In this document: positions 49,635-60,467 of the stretch, one piece after another | Position numbering within the stretch: position 1 is the first letter of the stretch | Layout: every line of letters starts with the position of its first letter | Assembly (NCBI GenBank): GCA_030586555.1 | Contig: JAURAC010000002.1 | Span: forward strand, 110,087 to 174,086 | Reading direction: 5' to 3' | DNA from: Candidatus Subterrananammoxibius californiae | GTDB lineage: Bacteria; Planctomycetota; Brocadiia; Brocadiales; Subterrananammoxibiaceae | DNA: 64,000 nucleotides | Notes under the pieces: model-generated | What the model was told of the DNA's origin: nothing | The model's database searches: none | The model's input: the letters and a program-made list of their open reading frames with translations, nothing else | Made by a program: the position numbers and the translations under genes

Positions 49635-51185
49635 TTAATCCGGAAGAAATTGGCTGAGATTCTTTCGGATGACCAATTTCAGTCTTGTTGACTCCTTAAA
49701 CTGCTCCTCAAGCGTAGTAACAAGCCTCTTCATCGTTTCATCAAACGGTTCGTTATCATCTTCTATGTCTTCCGCTCCAACATAACGACCGGGGGTGAGG
49801 ATATGTCCGTGTTGTCTTATTTCATCGAATTTAACCGCCTTGCAGAATCCCGGCACGTCCTCATACTTTCCACCTTCTCCACGCCATGCATAGTAGGTGG
49901 AGGCTATTTTCTGTACTTCCTCGTCTGTAAGCTCCCTGTGCCTCCTGTCCATTAGGACGCCCATCTTTCGGGCATCAATGAAAAGCACCTCACCACGCCT
50001 ATCCCTGAATTTGTGGTTTTTCTTATCCCGAGCAGTAAACCAGAGGCAGGCAGGAATCATGGTGTTATAGAATAGCTGGCTTGGCAGTGCAACCATGCAA
50101 TCAACCAAATCTCTTTCAATGATGTTTTTCCGTATTTCTCCTTCTCCTGAGGTGTTGGAAGACATAGAGCCGTTAGCTAACACGAACCCTGCAATTCCCG
50201 TTGGTGATAGGTGATGGATGAAATGCTGCACCCATGCAAAGTTGGCATTTCCTTTGGGCGGGACTCCGAATTTCCAGCGTACATCTTCACGCAGAAGTTC
50301 GCCCTTCCAGTCGCTGTCATTAAAAGGCGGATTGGCAAGTATAAAGTCCGCTTTCAAATCCTTAAAGGCGTTATTATGAAAACTATCGCCCCACTGAACA
50401 TTTGCGTCAATCCCTCGAATGGCAAGATTCATCTTGCACAGCCGCCATGTTGTTTGATTTGATTCCTGACCATAAATTGCTATATCTCCAATCCTACCCT
50501 CGTGAGCTAAAACGAATTTCTCGCTCTGGACGAACATGCCACCAGAGCCGCAACAAGGGTCAAAAACCCTACCTTTGTAGGGTTCAAGCATTTCAACGAG
50601 AACCTTAACAATTGACCTTGGGGTATAAAACTGTCCGCCCTTTTTACCTTCCGCATCTGCAAATTGTCCCAAAAAGTATTCATAAACCCTGCCTAAAATA
50701 TCTTTTGATTTACTTTCATAATCACCAAGACCCATCGTGCTTATCAGGTCAATCAACTCTCCAAGTCTTTGCTTATCAAGTGCAGGACGGGCATAATTCT
50801 TTTGAAGAACGCCTTTAAGTGAAGGATTGTCTCTTTCGATGGCGTCCATGGCATCGTCAACAATTTTGCCAATGGCGGGCTGCTTTGCGTTTATTTTTAG
50901 ATAACCCCATCGGGCTTCTTTTGGAACCCAGAAGACATTTTCCGCTCGATACTCATCGGGGTCTTCCGAATCTGCGCCAGCAGGGGCTTCTCTGACTAAA
51001 AATATATGGCGGTCTTCAAAGGCATCTGAGATGTATTTGAGAAATATCAATCCGAGGACAACGTGCTTGTACTCAGCAGCATCCATGTTATTTCTTAACT
51101 TGTCTGCTGTCTGCCAGAGCTTCTCCTCAAAGCCGAGGGTGGCGCCGTTAGAATTTTTTTTGTTTACATTATTCTGTCGAGCCAT
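49635..51185 (-). CDS. hsdM: Type I R-M methyltransferase subunit M
   Basis: [18 protein letters not shown]; start MARQ. Confidence 0.96.
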   Translation of the reverse strand: MARQNNVNKKNSNGATLGFEEKLWQTADKLRNNMDAAEYKHVVLGLIFLKYISDAFEDRHIFLVREAPAGADSEDPDEYRAENVFWVPKEARWGYLKINAKQPAIGKIVDDAMDAIERDNPSLKGVLQKNYARPALDKQRLGELIDLISTMGLGDYESKSKDILGRVYEYFLGQFADAEGKKGGQFYTPRSIVKVLVEMLEPYKGRVFDPCCGSGGMFVQSEKFVLAHEGRIGDIAIYGQESNQTTWRLCKMNLAIRGIDANVQWGDSFHNNAFKDLKADFILANPPFNDSDWKGELLREDVRWKFGVPPKGNANFAWVQHFIHHLSPTGIAGFVLANGSMSSNTSGEGEIRKNIIERDLVDCMVALPSQLFYNTMIPACLWFTARDKKNHKFRDRRGEVLFIDARKMGVLMDRRHRELTDEEVQKIASTYYAWRGEGGKYEDVPGFCKAVKFDEIRQHGHILTPGRYVGAEDIEDDNEPFDETMKRLVTTLEEQFKESTRLKLVIRKNLSQFLPD

Positions 51186-51335
51186 GATATATCCTTCGCC
51201 TAAGGCTTCGGAATACCTTGTGGGTAGATTATGAATAACAGCTATTTTGTTACTTCCAAGGTTATTAAAATACAACTTTGTAAATCCCGAAACATGTTCG
51301 GGATAAGCTTACAGGAATTATAAGACATTATCGTA

Positions 51336-52601
51336 TTACACCTCAACTCGGCTTATTTTTGCTCCAAGCGCAGATAGACGTTCCTCAAGTTTTTCGTATC
51401 CTCTATCAAGATGATATAAGCGATGAATTTCGGTAGTGCCTTCTGCTACTAAACCGGCTATTACAAGGCAGGCGCTGGCACGGAGGTCGGATGCCATCAC
51501 CTGTGCCCCTGAAAGCTTACGGACACCCTTAACAATTGCGCTTGTGCCCTCTATATGAATATCTGCGCCCATTCTGTTTAACTCGGCAATGTGAATAAAC
51601 CTGTTTGGAAATATCTTTTCTGTGATGATGCTTGTACCATTTGCTATGCTTAAAAGCGCTGCAAACTGTGCCTGCATATCCGTTGGCATGCCGGGATAAG
51701 GTAAGGTAGTAATAGTAAGGGGGCGAAATTCGTCATTTCCTTTTACAAAACATTTCTCTCCGACATTTGAGACGCTTACGCCTGACTCCACCAGTTTTTC
51801 AACTACCGCTGTCATGTGGTCTAAGCGAACATTTTCGAGGGTAATTTCTCCTCCGGTAATTGCCCCGGCAATCATAAACGTTCCAGCCTCTATTCTGTCT
51901 GGAATTATTTCGTATTCAACTCCGTGCAGTTCCTTGACCCCTTCGATAACTAATTCACTTGTGCCAATACCGCTAATCTTTGCCCCTGCCTTGTTAAGAA
52001 AGTTTGCAAGGTCTTGAACCTCTGGTTCACAGGCGGCGCACTTTATAACCGTCTTTCCCTTCGCTAACACGGCAGCCGTCATCACATTGCAGGTACCTGT
52101 TACGGTGGAACCGTGAGGACCCCCAAGATATATTTCTGTTCCTCTAAGTCCATTCGCAGAACCAATTATGTAGCCCTTTTCTGTTATAATGCGCGCACCT
52201 AAGGCTTCTAACCCTTTTATATGAAGGTCAACAGGTCTTACCCCTATGACGCATCCCCCGGGTTCTGCAACCTTCGCCTCTCCACGCTTACCGATAAGAG
52301 GTCCCAGGACACATATCGAGCCCCTCATCGTGCTTACCTGCTCATAAGGGGCTGTAACGTTACTTTCGTCCTGAACCTCTAACTCGATAGTGCCGTCCTT
52401 TAGACGTTTGGTCTTAACACCTAAGTCGCTTAATATTTCTGAAAGGGTTTTTACATCGGTCAGGTAAGGAACGTTTTTAATGCGAGATTTACCATTTACG
52501 AGGATACATGCCGCCATTATTGGTAACGCTGCATTCTTTGACCCATTAATTCTTACGTTTCCATGGAGTGGATGCCCCCCCTCCACGACTATTTTCTCCA
52601 T
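51336..52601 (-). CDS. murA: UDP-GlcNAc 1-carboxyvinyltransferase
   Basis: GSKNAALP, PGGCVIG.RP, DLRA, HLDRGYE. Confidence 0.97.
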   Translation of the reverse strand: MEKIVVEGGHPLHGNVRINGSKNAALPIMAACILVNGKSRIKNVPYLTDVKTLSEILSDLGVKTKRLKDGTIELEVQDESNVTAPYEQVSTMRGSICVLGPLIGKRGEAKVAEPGGCVIGVRPVDLHIKGLEALGARIITEKGYIIGSANGLRGTEIYLGGPHGSTVTGTCNVMTAAVLAKGKTVIKCAACEPEVQDLANFLNKAGAKISGIGTSELVIEGVKELHGVEYEIIPDRIEAGTFMIAGAITGGEITLENVRLDHMTAVVEKLVESGVSVSNVGEKCFVKGNDEFRPLTITTLPYPGMPTDMQAQFAALLSIANGTSIITEKIFPNRFIHIAELNRMGADIHIEGTSAIVKGVRKLSGAQVMASDLRASACLVIAGLVAEGTTEIHRLYHLDRGYEKLEERLSALGAKISRVEV

Positions 52602-53514
52602 CCCCTTCGTCCCCTTTTTTAATGTGTGCTATCAGCACCCTGTCAATCTTTTGTAAGTCCTTAACGATTTCTAAACCATCAAAGAACGGATATTCACGAA
52701 TCAGTGTCGCAACGGCATTTACCTGTCCTTCACCCATTTCCATTATTAGATACCCATCGGGCGCTAACCAATCAGGAGCCTCTGAGAAAATGCGGCGATA
52801 AAAAATTAGCCCATCTCTGCCGCCAAAAATAGCCAATTCCGGTTCGTGATTTATTACTTCAGGCTGAAGTTCTGCACGTTCAGTTTCGGCTACATAAGGG
52901 GGATTAGATACAACAAAATTTACTTTACCCCGTAAGTCAAGACCCTCAAAAGCATTGAAGAGGTCTCCTTGCAAAAAGGAAATCTTCTCTGATACGTTAT
53001 GTCTCCGGGCATTTGTCCTTGCCACCGAGAGCGCATCCTTTGATATATCGCAGGTATAAATTCTAACATTTTTAAGGCTTCGACCTGAGCTCAGCCGAAG
53101 GTTGACCGCAAGTGAGACAGCTATGTTACCACAACCTGTACCAATTTCCAAAATATTAAGCGTCTTTTGCTCGCTAAGTAAATTTGACTTACGGATAACA
53201 GATTCTACTACAAATTCTGTTTCAGGCCTTGGGATTAAAACACTTTTATTTACAATAAAATCGAGGGACATGAACTCTGAATGACCCGTGATATACTGTA
53301 AAGGCATGCGCAAAATCCTTTTTTGCACGAGTAACATAAAATTAGAAATATCTTCTTCACCGAGCACCCTGTCAAAGTTTACATAAAGGTCTGTCCGCCT
53401 GCAATGCAAGACATGCGCCAAAAGCACCTCTGCATCTAACGATGAGGCATCTATGTTAGAGTCCTTAAAAAGTTTAACTGCATTGCTTAATGCACTTTTA
53501 ATTGTTATTGCCAT
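52546..53514 (-). CDS. prmC: Release factor glutamine methyltransferase
   Basis: LIPRPETE, GTGCG, SNPPY; follows prfA. Confidence 0.95.
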   Translation of the reverse strand: MAITIKSALSNAVKLFKDSNIDASSLDAEVLLAHVLHCRRTDLYVNFDRVLGEEDISNFMLLVQKRILRMPLQYITGHSEFMSLDFIVNKSVLIPRPETEFVVESVIRKSNLLSEQKTLNILEIGTGCGNIAVSLAVNLRLSSGRSLKNVRIYTCDISKDALSVARTNARRHNVSEKISFLQGDLFNAFEGLDLRGKVNFVVSNPPYVAETERAELQPEVINHEPELAIFGGRDGLIFYRRIFSEAPDWLAPDGYLIMEMGEGQVNAVATLIREYPFFDGLEIVKDLQKIDRVLIAHIKKGDEGDGENSRGGGASTPWKRKN

Positions 53515-53607
53515 TTTACGAATGTGGATTGTGAAATGCGGGGTCGCAGACTGAGCGAAGCGAAACATGCGGAATAATTTCGAATCGAGCGTGGTAGAAA
53601 AGCTATT

Positions 53608-54729
53608 TTACACAGTCTCGAGGCACTGCTTAAGATACTCTTCCTCATAATGTGCTGTTAGGGCATCTATCAGCTTATCAATGTTTCCCTGCATGACGTT
53701 ATCGAGTTCATAGAGGGAAAAATTTATTCTGTGGTCTGTCACCCTGTTTTGCGGAAAATTATAGGTACGAATCTTTTCGCTTCTATCACCAGTTCCAATC
53801 TGAATACGTCTCGTTTTATCACGCTCAGACCTTTTTTGGCTTTCATAGAATTCGTAAAGGCGGCTTCGCAGGATACGCATTGCCTTTGCCTTATTTTTAT
53901 GCTGAGACTTCTCATCCAGGCACTTAACTACTAATCCCGTAGGCTTATGTGTAATCCTCACGGCAGAACTTGTTTTATTAACCTTTTGACCGCCTGGTCC
54001 TGAGGCACGGAAAGTATCAATCTCCAAGTCGTTGGGGTCTATCTCAATCTCCACTTCCTCAACCTCAGGCAAAACGGCTACAGTAGCTGCCGATGTGTGT
54101 ATCCTTCCGCTGGTCTCGGTAAGCGGCACCCTTTGTACCCGATGTGTGCCGCTTTCGTAACGCAGTTTTTGATATGCGCCTCTACCTTCGACGGAGAAGA
54201 TGATTTCTTTTAGCCCCCCAAGTTCCGTGGGACTGCTATCCAAAACCTCGGTCTTACAGCCCTGTCTTTCCGCATACTTTACATACATCCTGAAAAGGTC
54301 ACCTGCAAAAAGCGCTGCTTCTTCGCCGCCTGTTCCTGCACGAATCTCCATAATTACGTTCTTTTGAGGTCCGCCATCCCCGGAAACAAACAATTGCTTT
54401 ATTTCCTTGTATAGAGCTTCTTCCTTTGCAGTCAAACTATCAAGCTCATCAGTGGCTAATAGCTGCAAATCCTTATCCCCGCTGTTATCGGAAAAAACGA
54501 TTCTGGCTTCTTCTTTACGCCTCAATACCTCATTCAACTCAAGGTACTTGCTGATAATCTTTGAAAGGCTTCCGTGCTCCTTTATGCAAACGGTATATCT
54601 GGCGCTATTAGCTATTACCTCCGGGTCGGCAACAAGCCTCTCCAATTCCGTGTACCTTTCGTACATGGACTCTAACTTTTTAAATAGTGCCTCGGCCTCA
54701 GGCTGAGCGAACTTTAGCTTTTCAATCAT
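53608..54729 (-). CDS. prfA: Peptide chain release factor 1
   Basis: GTGGEEA, PLT motif, GGQ, RTYNFPQ. Confidence 0.97.
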   Translation of the reverse strand: MIEKLKFAQPEAEALFKKLESMYERYTELERLVADPEVIANSARYTVCIKEHGSLSKIISKYLELNEVLRRKEEARIVFSDNSGDKDLQLLATDELDSLTAKEEALYKEIKQLFVSGDGGPQKNVIMEIRAGTGGEEAALFAGDLFRMYVKYAERQGCKTEVLDSSPTELGGLKEIIFSVEGRGAYQKLRYESGTHRVQRVPLTETSGRIHTSAATVAVLPEVEEVEIEIDPNDLEIDTFRASGPGGQKVNKTSSAVRITHKPTGLVVKCLDEKSQHKNKAKAMRILRSRLYEFYESQKRSERDKTRRIQIGTGDRSEKIRTYNFPQNRVTDHRINFSLYELDNVMQGNIDKLIDALTAHYEEEYLKQCLETV

Positions 54730-54998
54730 TTTTCCAATTCCTGGCCTGTCGCCAGGACAGGCTTCACGGATGGTTGGGGAGTTTCTTCTGTTTTCTCCCG
54801 GCTCAACTTATATCTGCGTTGGAACCTTTCAACCCTTCCTGCGCTGTCAATTAATTTCTGCTTTCCTGTATAAAACGGGTGACACTTAGAGCAAATCTCC
54901 ACCAGAATCTTACTCTTTGTTGACCTGGTAGTAAACGTCTCTCCACAGCCACAAACAACTACACACTCCTTATACTCCGGGTGAATTCCTGTTTTCAT
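54726..54998 (-). CDS. rpmE: 50S ribosomal protein L31 (Zn-binding form)
   Basis: [22 protein letters not shown]. Confidence 0.96.
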   Translation of the reverse strand: MKTGIHPEYKECVVVCGCGETFTTRSTKSKILVEICSKCHPFYTGKQKLIDSAGRVERFQRRYKLSREKTEETPQPSVKPVLATGQELEK

Positions 54999-55144
54999 TT
55001 TTTTTATATCCTCCTGCAAAATTGTGTTCCTTTTATTTATTCTATCAAAAAATTAGAACATATTTCAAAGAAAAATACAAGTGTCATTTTAATTTCGACC
55101 ATGACTAACCGAGGTGAAGTCGTTATCTATGGCGGGGAGTTATT

Positions 55145-55831
55145 CTATTCGTTATGGATTTGAATTTGCACGTCTTTATCATACGAACCAATATACAACA
55201 TCAGCGTGTGGATGAAGACAACGATACCCAGCATCTCCAATAACTCTTCTATTGTCATCATTATTGCGTACGTCATGTTCTGCTTACCGTAGAAATCCAC
55301 ATATCTCCCCTCAACTAATTCCATACATAGAGCGCCTCCAACATAGAGGGTCCCAGCAATGAGAAATCCACTCCTTATCTTTGTAGGAAGATTAACAATA
55401 AATCTCAGATACACCAGCACGAAGATGATTACGAAGGCGGAGCCGGGGATAACCCAGGTGTAGTAGAGAAAGCCCCCGGCGTTAAGTGCGGCTCGTAGCG
55501 GCTTAATCGTCATTTCATGGAAACCGCACGCTTCATCCAGGGAGAGAAACAGAAAGATAATTGCCAGGACTCTCCAGTGGATGAAGTATCGGTCAGCCAA
55601 AGTCTTCTTAGTAGAGATAATTGCAAGAAGGATTGAACAAAGTAGTAACATAGATGACGAGTACCATGTAGGAATGCTCGTTTCTATGTCGAAGTCAAAT
55701 TTCAGTGCAAGCCATAGGAGATAATTACGGTCTACGAAGTACTTGAAGAACTGTGCAGCAAAGTTTGCAAGGGTAAGAAACAGTAGCACGCAGATAAGGA
55801 TTTTGGTGATTCGTCTCGGAGAAATTGGCAT
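55145..55831 (-). CDS. Conserved multi-TM hypothetical protein
   Basis: E.SIPTWYSS, LSLDE...HE, IEELLEM; about 6 TM helices. Confidence 0.75.
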   Translation of the reverse strand: MPISPRRITKILICVLLFLTLANFAAQFFKYFVDRNYLLWLALKFDFDIETSIPTWYSSSMLLLCSILLAIISTKKTLADRYFIHWRVLAIIFLFLSLDEACGFHEMTIKPLRAALNAGGFLYYTWVIPGSAFVIIFVLVYLRFIVNLPTKIRSGFLIAGTLYVGGALCMELVEGRYVDFYGKQNMTYAIMMTIEELLEMLGIVVFIHTLMLYIGSYDKDVQIQIHNE

Positions 55832-55872
55832 AGTCGTAGATGTGGGCTGGCTTCTTTCCAGAAAGAGGTTAG

Positions 55873-55921
55873 TGGGGTGAGTGACGGGATTCGAACCCGC
55901 GACCCTCAGAGCCACAGTCTG
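55873..55921 (-). mobile_element. att site: 3' half of tRNA-His(GTG)
   Basis: CAGACTGTGGCTCTGAGGGTCGCGGGTTCGAATCCCGTCACTCACCCCA, no D arm; 40 bp from the integrase stop. Confidence 0.88.
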
Positions 55922-55960
55922 TAAATTTATAAACCGAGTTACTTTTTAAAACTAATAATA

Positions 55961-57013
55961 TCAAAGTGTTGCAGATATTAAATTCTTCTCCAGCTTTGGT
56001 TGGTGTCCATGTGGTGTCCATACGTTATCCAGCCTCTCCATTGCTTCCTGAACGTATTCGGGTGACAAATGGGAGTATCTCATGGTCATTTTTATCTCTT
56101 TGTGTCCCATTACCTGCTGTACGGTTCTGAGATCCACACCTTGCATGACCAGGTGAGAGCCAAAGGTATGCCTAAGGTCATGGAGGCGAAAGTCTTCAAT
56201 CCCTGCTCGCTTTAAGGCTGACGCAAAACCCTTCTTTATATCTACAAATGGACGCCCATGACCGTTTGTGAAGACATAACCGCTCTTGGGATTCTGTGGA
56301 AGAGCTGATAGCTCCCGAAGTAGCGTTTGATTTATCGGTATCACCCTTACCTCGTTATTTTTTGTATTAGTTACTGTAATCTTACGGTTTTCTAAATCTA
56401 CCTCTGCCCATCGTAAATGGAGTATTTCCGACTTTCTCATCCCGGTATTCAAGGCAGTTAGTACAATGGGCCGTATATAACCGGGACACTCCTTGAGAAG
56501 AGCCTCAACCTCATCTGGTTTTAAATATCTCAAGCGACCGGGTGGCTCTTTGAGCACTTTGACCCCTTTTCCTGGATTTAACTTCACATAACCCCATTCG
56601 ATGGCCTTGGTATACATGTGCTTAATACAGGCCAGTTCACGATTGACCGTGGCAGGCGCTACTGCCTGCAATCTCATAGCCTTGTATTTCTCAATCATGT
56701 GGGATGTGATGTCAAAAAGATAACATCCCTTAAAGGCTGAGGTCAACTGCCTAACATTGAGCCGTGCGCAACGTTCGTAGGTTGAGGCAGCCTTATTGGC
56801 CTTGCAATAGTCCAGGTACTGCTGAGCATACTCATCAAATAGGATCTTCTTTTCTTCATAGATGCCAAGATACTCTCCCTTGGCAATCTTAACATGGACA
56901 TCCTTTAAGACTTGCTCTGCCAGCTTCTTGGACGGACTGACCTTCTTTCTCTTTCGCCGTCCTTTGACGTAGTAGTCAATATACCAGTTCTTTCCTTTCA
57001 GATAGATTCCCAT
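55961..57013 (-). CDS. Tyrosine recombinase/phage-type integrase
   Basis: TGMRKSE, K, HDLRH, MGH, Y; N-terminal arm-binding region. Confidence 0.95.
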   Translation of the reverse strand: MGIYLKGKNWYIDYYVKGRRKRKKVSPSKKLAEQVLKDVHVKIAKGEYLGIYEEKKILFDEYAQQYLDYCKANKAASTYERCARLNVRQLTSAFKGCYLFDITSHMIEKYKAMRLQAVAPATVNRELACIKHMYTKAIEWGYVKLNPGKGVKVLKEPPGRLRYLKPDEVEALLKECPGYIRPIVLTALNTGMRKSEILHLRWAEVDLENRKITVTNTKNNEVRVIPINQTLLRELSALPQNPKSGYVFTNGHGRPFVDIKKGFASALKRAGIEDFRLHDLRHTFGSHLVMQGVDLRTVQQVMGHKEIKMTMRYSHLSPEYVQEAMERLDNVWTPHGHQPKLEKNLISATL

Positions 57014-57089
57014 TCCATAACCTCAACTCTTATCGTATTAATTATACGAACTTTCCTTACTCAAAACAACCGAAAATTTTTGAACTTGC

Positions 57090-60000
57090 TTATTCTAAAA
57101 AATTTACTCTTTCTTCTTGTTGAGTCCGATGCCTAAGCCAAGCCTCAAGATCCTCCAGCCTGAACTTTGTAAGCCGTCCGACCTTAATAAAGGGAACCTT
57201 CTTTTGAACAACCCATTCATAAAGGGTGTTCCTGCTGATTCCTAATAACTCGGCAGCCTCTTTTGTGTCCAATAATTGTTTCTGTTTGGAAATTTCTTCA
57301 GAAACAACCCCTTTTTCAGAAACATTACCCGCTTGAGAAACGCTGGGCAGGAAGTCCTTTACCTTTGACGGGAGATAAAACCTAATCCTTTCCCGCTCCT
57401 TTATTGTGAAGTACTTACGTGCTTCTGTTTTTAATGAAAACAGGCGTTTTTCTTCAGAACTTACACAAATGATATAGTCGTACCCAGCTTCAAGGCATTT
57501 TCTTATGTTTTGCATCTCCTGTTCAGTTTTGGTAGTGGTAGAGATCTCAATGGCTACCCGTACATCGTTCTTTGTTAGCCCTACATCCACGCTCTCAAGA
57601 GAACCTGGAATCTTCTCTTCTATCTTCGCCTTCCACCCATAAAGTTGTGCCTGTTCTTTGAACATCAGCTGAAGGTGTTTATGGAGGTCGCCACCCTTCC
57701 CTGTCAAAGAAACATCTTTTAGAACTGAGGTACCCTTATCCGTTAGGGCAAGAACCTTTGCCAGTCGCCCTCCCTTTCCCTCTCGTGTTTCTTCTTGAGT
57801 AATAAAACCTTTTTCGACTAAACTTTCTTTGAGCCTGTCCCCTTTATAGCCACTTAAATCAAGGGCTTTATAGAACTGGGTTATGAACATGTCGGGGTGT
57901 TGGGAGAGAAATTCGAGGAATCCTCTTTCATCGGTTGACAATACCTTATCATCTGAGACACCCACCATTTTCTCCGACTTTTCTTTTTGAATTCGTTGTC
58001 TCGGAGTCAAAAGAGTCTCTGCAGAGGAAAGGGCTGGCCTCAAGGATTCTTCTACTATTTTCTCCACTTCTTCTCTTTTGGCAGCGTATTTCTCCCTTGA
58101 TAATGTGATCAAGTGGTTCCTTCTTTGTCTGGTAAGGTTCTGGTCTACATCCGGAAGTGGAAACGTCCTCAAATTGAAGTCATACTCATTTCGCTCAATT
58201 CGGCAGATTGCCTCACCGACTCCGAGGTTCTGTAAATCCTGTGCATCAAACGCGGAAAATCCGTCCTCAAGTTTTTTCGCATCGAAGTCTCCCAAACGGA
58301 AGCATATGCGGGTACACGGATTTGAAATTACCGAGTTTGCTACCTCGGTATCTTGATTCCACAACTGACGCAGTTCCTGATGGGCAAGTACAAGGCCGAG
58401 ATGGTATTTCCTTGCCCCTGAAAGAATGGCTGACATTGATGGCGTAATGAAGTTCTGGAATTCGTCAACATAGAGATAAAAGTGTGCCCGTTCACTTTCG
58501 CTCTTTGCCTGCCTTGCTGTGGCAACCTGTTGGAGCTTGGATACTATAAGGGCACCCAATAGAGAAGCATTTTCTTCTCCGATTAGACCCTGACTGAGCT
58601 TTACAAGGAAGATCTTTCGGTTATCTATAATGTCCTGGAAATTAAGCCCCTCTTTCTGGGCAGCCATATTGCGGATGAGCTTTGGACGTAAAAAGGTGTC
58701 TAGTCGGGTGATAATCGAGGCTTGGGGATTACCCCTCAGAAGTGGAAATCCTTTCTGCCAATAGTATATAACATCAGGGTCTTGAACTGTCTCTAAGAAT
58801 GATTTACGAAATTCGGATTCTATTAAAAACCGCCGCAGGTCTATTAAAGTTCCACCTACTTTGCTTTCAAGGAAGGCAAGGATAGCATTGCCAAGTACCG
58901 AGGTCATCTGGTCGCCCCAGCTTGTTGAAAGCCTGCGGAAGACAGCAACAAGGTCTGAGGAAAGGACATTCTTTTCAATCTCTGAGTGTGCAGAAAGGAT
59001 ATTAAGTCCGACTGGATAATCGGCGTCCGATGGATCAAAAAAGATGACATCTTCAAATCTTTCTTCAGGTATATATCCTAAAACACGGTCAATCAAATCA
59101 CCATGTGGGTCGAGAACCGCTGTGCCTAAACCGTTATTGATGTCCTGGATAATCATATTGAGAAGCAGTGTGGACTTTCCGGTACCCGTAGCTCCAATAA
59201 CATACGTATGCCTGAGCCTCTGCTCAGGACTTAAGGTAACCAATGTCTCTTTGCCTTGATGGAGGTTTTCTCCGAGGACAAATTGATGGTCAAGGGCGAT
59301 AGATGGTACAGCTTTAGTCTTCTTGAGTTCCCTAATAAGTTTTTGCGAACGGACCGAAACAGACGGTGGGTGAACAAGGGAAACCAATTCTTCAGCATTT
59401 AGTAACATACCACTACGATGGGTTTGACGTAAAAGGACGTCCCCTTCATGGTCAAAGTCATCGTAGTCCTCATTAGTAAGGGGTATAAGTTCGTTGCTCT
59501 GGGGGTTGGCAACTTGCGTTAGTCCAGAACCCAAGACCCTGACAATCTCCCAGGCACGATAGGATAGAGGACTCATGCCTGCGATTCTGATAACTGCAGC
59601 AAAGAGGGGTTTCCTTGTCTTCTCTTTAGCCAGTGGAATCATCTCTGGTGCATCAGAAAAAAATGAGCGTCCTTCCCAATCCACCACTGACCTGAGGATA
59701 CTTTCAGACCATGGATTACGCACCGCTTGAAAAAGAACCTGAACAAGCCCGATTTCACCCTCATCAAGATTCTCCAGGGCACCAACAATACCGATTAGAG
59801 GATCGGTCTCAAGATTCCTGAAGGTACGCAGCGGTCGCATAAACTCCTGAGAAAGCCCGAAATCAACAATGGCGATCTCCTGTTCTTCATCCCACAAACT
59901 TTTTAAAACATCGTTTTCCTCATTAATAACGGCATCAGGGAAGTACGCCTGTAGTTGCTGCTTAACTTGTAGAAAATCAGCCTCACGACAGGAGAGTTGT

Positions 60001-60455
60001 ACACGTATGGAGTCACTTGTCCCGATAATCTCAAAACTCAGAGGAAAAGAGCAGTGGCTAAGGTTCATAAGAAACTGTTCAGCGTTCTCAACATTAACCT
60101 TTTGTTGTGGTGGTAAGGAGATACTGATTTCCCTCAGGCCAGACTTATCCGTAAAGGGCCGAGGTTTCAAATCAAAGGATGGTTCTGACTGAAGTGAAGA
60201 GTCGTCTAATTTTTGGGATTTTTTTAGGCCCTTCCAGAGTTTTTCAAACAGACCTGGCTTACGGCCGTCATCAGCTACCGGCTGACTTGTCGGAGATGTG
60301 TGAAGAAGGAAAGGTTCATAAGCTGGTTCAAGCTCTACTGGGTAGTCCCAGGCCTGCCAGCCCCTACCTCGTTTCTCCCATAGGTAGAAGTTGGCAGTAA
60401 GCTGTTCTGTAAGGGTAGAACTAATGATATATGGGTCTTTATCATTGTTGCCCAT
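57090..60455 (-). CDS. VirD4/TraD/HerA-type ATPase fused to wHTH, PD-(D/E)xK-like and excisionase HTH domains
   Basis: GATGTGKS, YVDEFQNF, ARKY...AHQ; C-terminal LLDTKEAAELLGISRNTLYEWV...PFIKVGR. Confidence 0.8.
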   Translation of the reverse strand: MGNNDKDPYIISSTLTEQLTANFYLWEKRGRGWQAWDYPVELEPAYEPFLLHTSPTSQPVADDGRKPGLFEKLWKGLKKSQKLDDSSLQSEPSFDLKPRPFTDKSGLREISISLPPQQKVNVENAEQFLMNLSHCSFPLSFEIIGTSDSIRVQLSCREADFLQVKQQLQAYFPDAVINEENDVLKSLWDEEQEIAIVDFGLSQEFMRPLRTFRNLETDPLIGIVGALENLDEGEIGLVQVLFQAVRNPWSESILRSVVDWEGRSFFSDAPEMIPLAKEKTRKPLFAAVIRIAGMSPLSYRAWEIVRVLGSGLTQVANPQSNELIPLTNEDYDDFDHEGDVLLRQTHRSGMLLNAEELVSLVHPPSVSVRSQKLIRELKKTKAVPSIALDHQFVLGENLHQGKETLVTLSPEQRLRHTYVIGATGTGKSTLLLNMIIQDINNGLGTAVLDPHGDLIDRVLGYIPEERFEDVIFFDPSDADYPVGLNILSAHSEIEKNVLSSDLVAVFRRLSTSWGDQMTSVLGNAILAFLESKVGGTLIDLRRFLIESEFRKSFLETVQDPDVIYYWQKGFPLLRGNPQASIITRLDTFLRPKLIRNMAAQKEGLNFQDIIDNRKIFLVKLSQGLIGEENASLLGALIVSKLQQVATARQAKSESERAHFYLYVDEFQNFITPSMSAILSGARKYHLGLVLAHQELRQLWNQDTEVANSVISNPCTRICFRLGDFDAKKLEDGFSAFDAQDLQNLGVGEAICRIERNEYDFNLRTFPLPDVDQNLTRQRRNHLITLSREKYAAKREEVEKIVEESLRPALSSAETLLTPRQRIQKEKSEKMVGVSDDKVLSTDERGFLEFLSQHPDMFITQFYKALDLSGYKGDRLKESLVEKGFITQEETREGKGGRLAKVLALTDKGTSVLKDVSLTGKGGDLHKHLQLMFKEQAQLYGWKAKIEEKIPGSLESVDVGLTKNDVRVAIEISTTTKTEQEMQNIRKCLEAGYDYIICVSSEEKRLFSLKTEARKYFTIKERERIRFYLPSKVKDFLPSVSQAGNVSEKGVVSEEISKQKQLLDTKEAAELLGISRNTLYEWVVQKKVPFIKVGRLTKFRLEDLEAWLRHRTQQEERVNFLE

Positions 60456-60467
60456 TATCTTGAGGAC

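Noticed and set aside
54689..54712. Possible CTGAGC-family insert at the prfA N-terminus (FAQPEAEA)
   Set aside because: Similarity to the repeat family is too partial to call without an ortholog alignment
55832..55915. N-terminal extension MALRVAGSNP... of the ORF-track call 55145..55915
   Set aside because: It is a translation of the tRNA-His fragment; the start at 55831 is more plausible
55961..57013. Integron integrase with attC cassettes
   Set aside because: The protein looks like a phage/island integrase without the IntI-specific insertion, abuts a tRNA att site, and I saw no attC pattern
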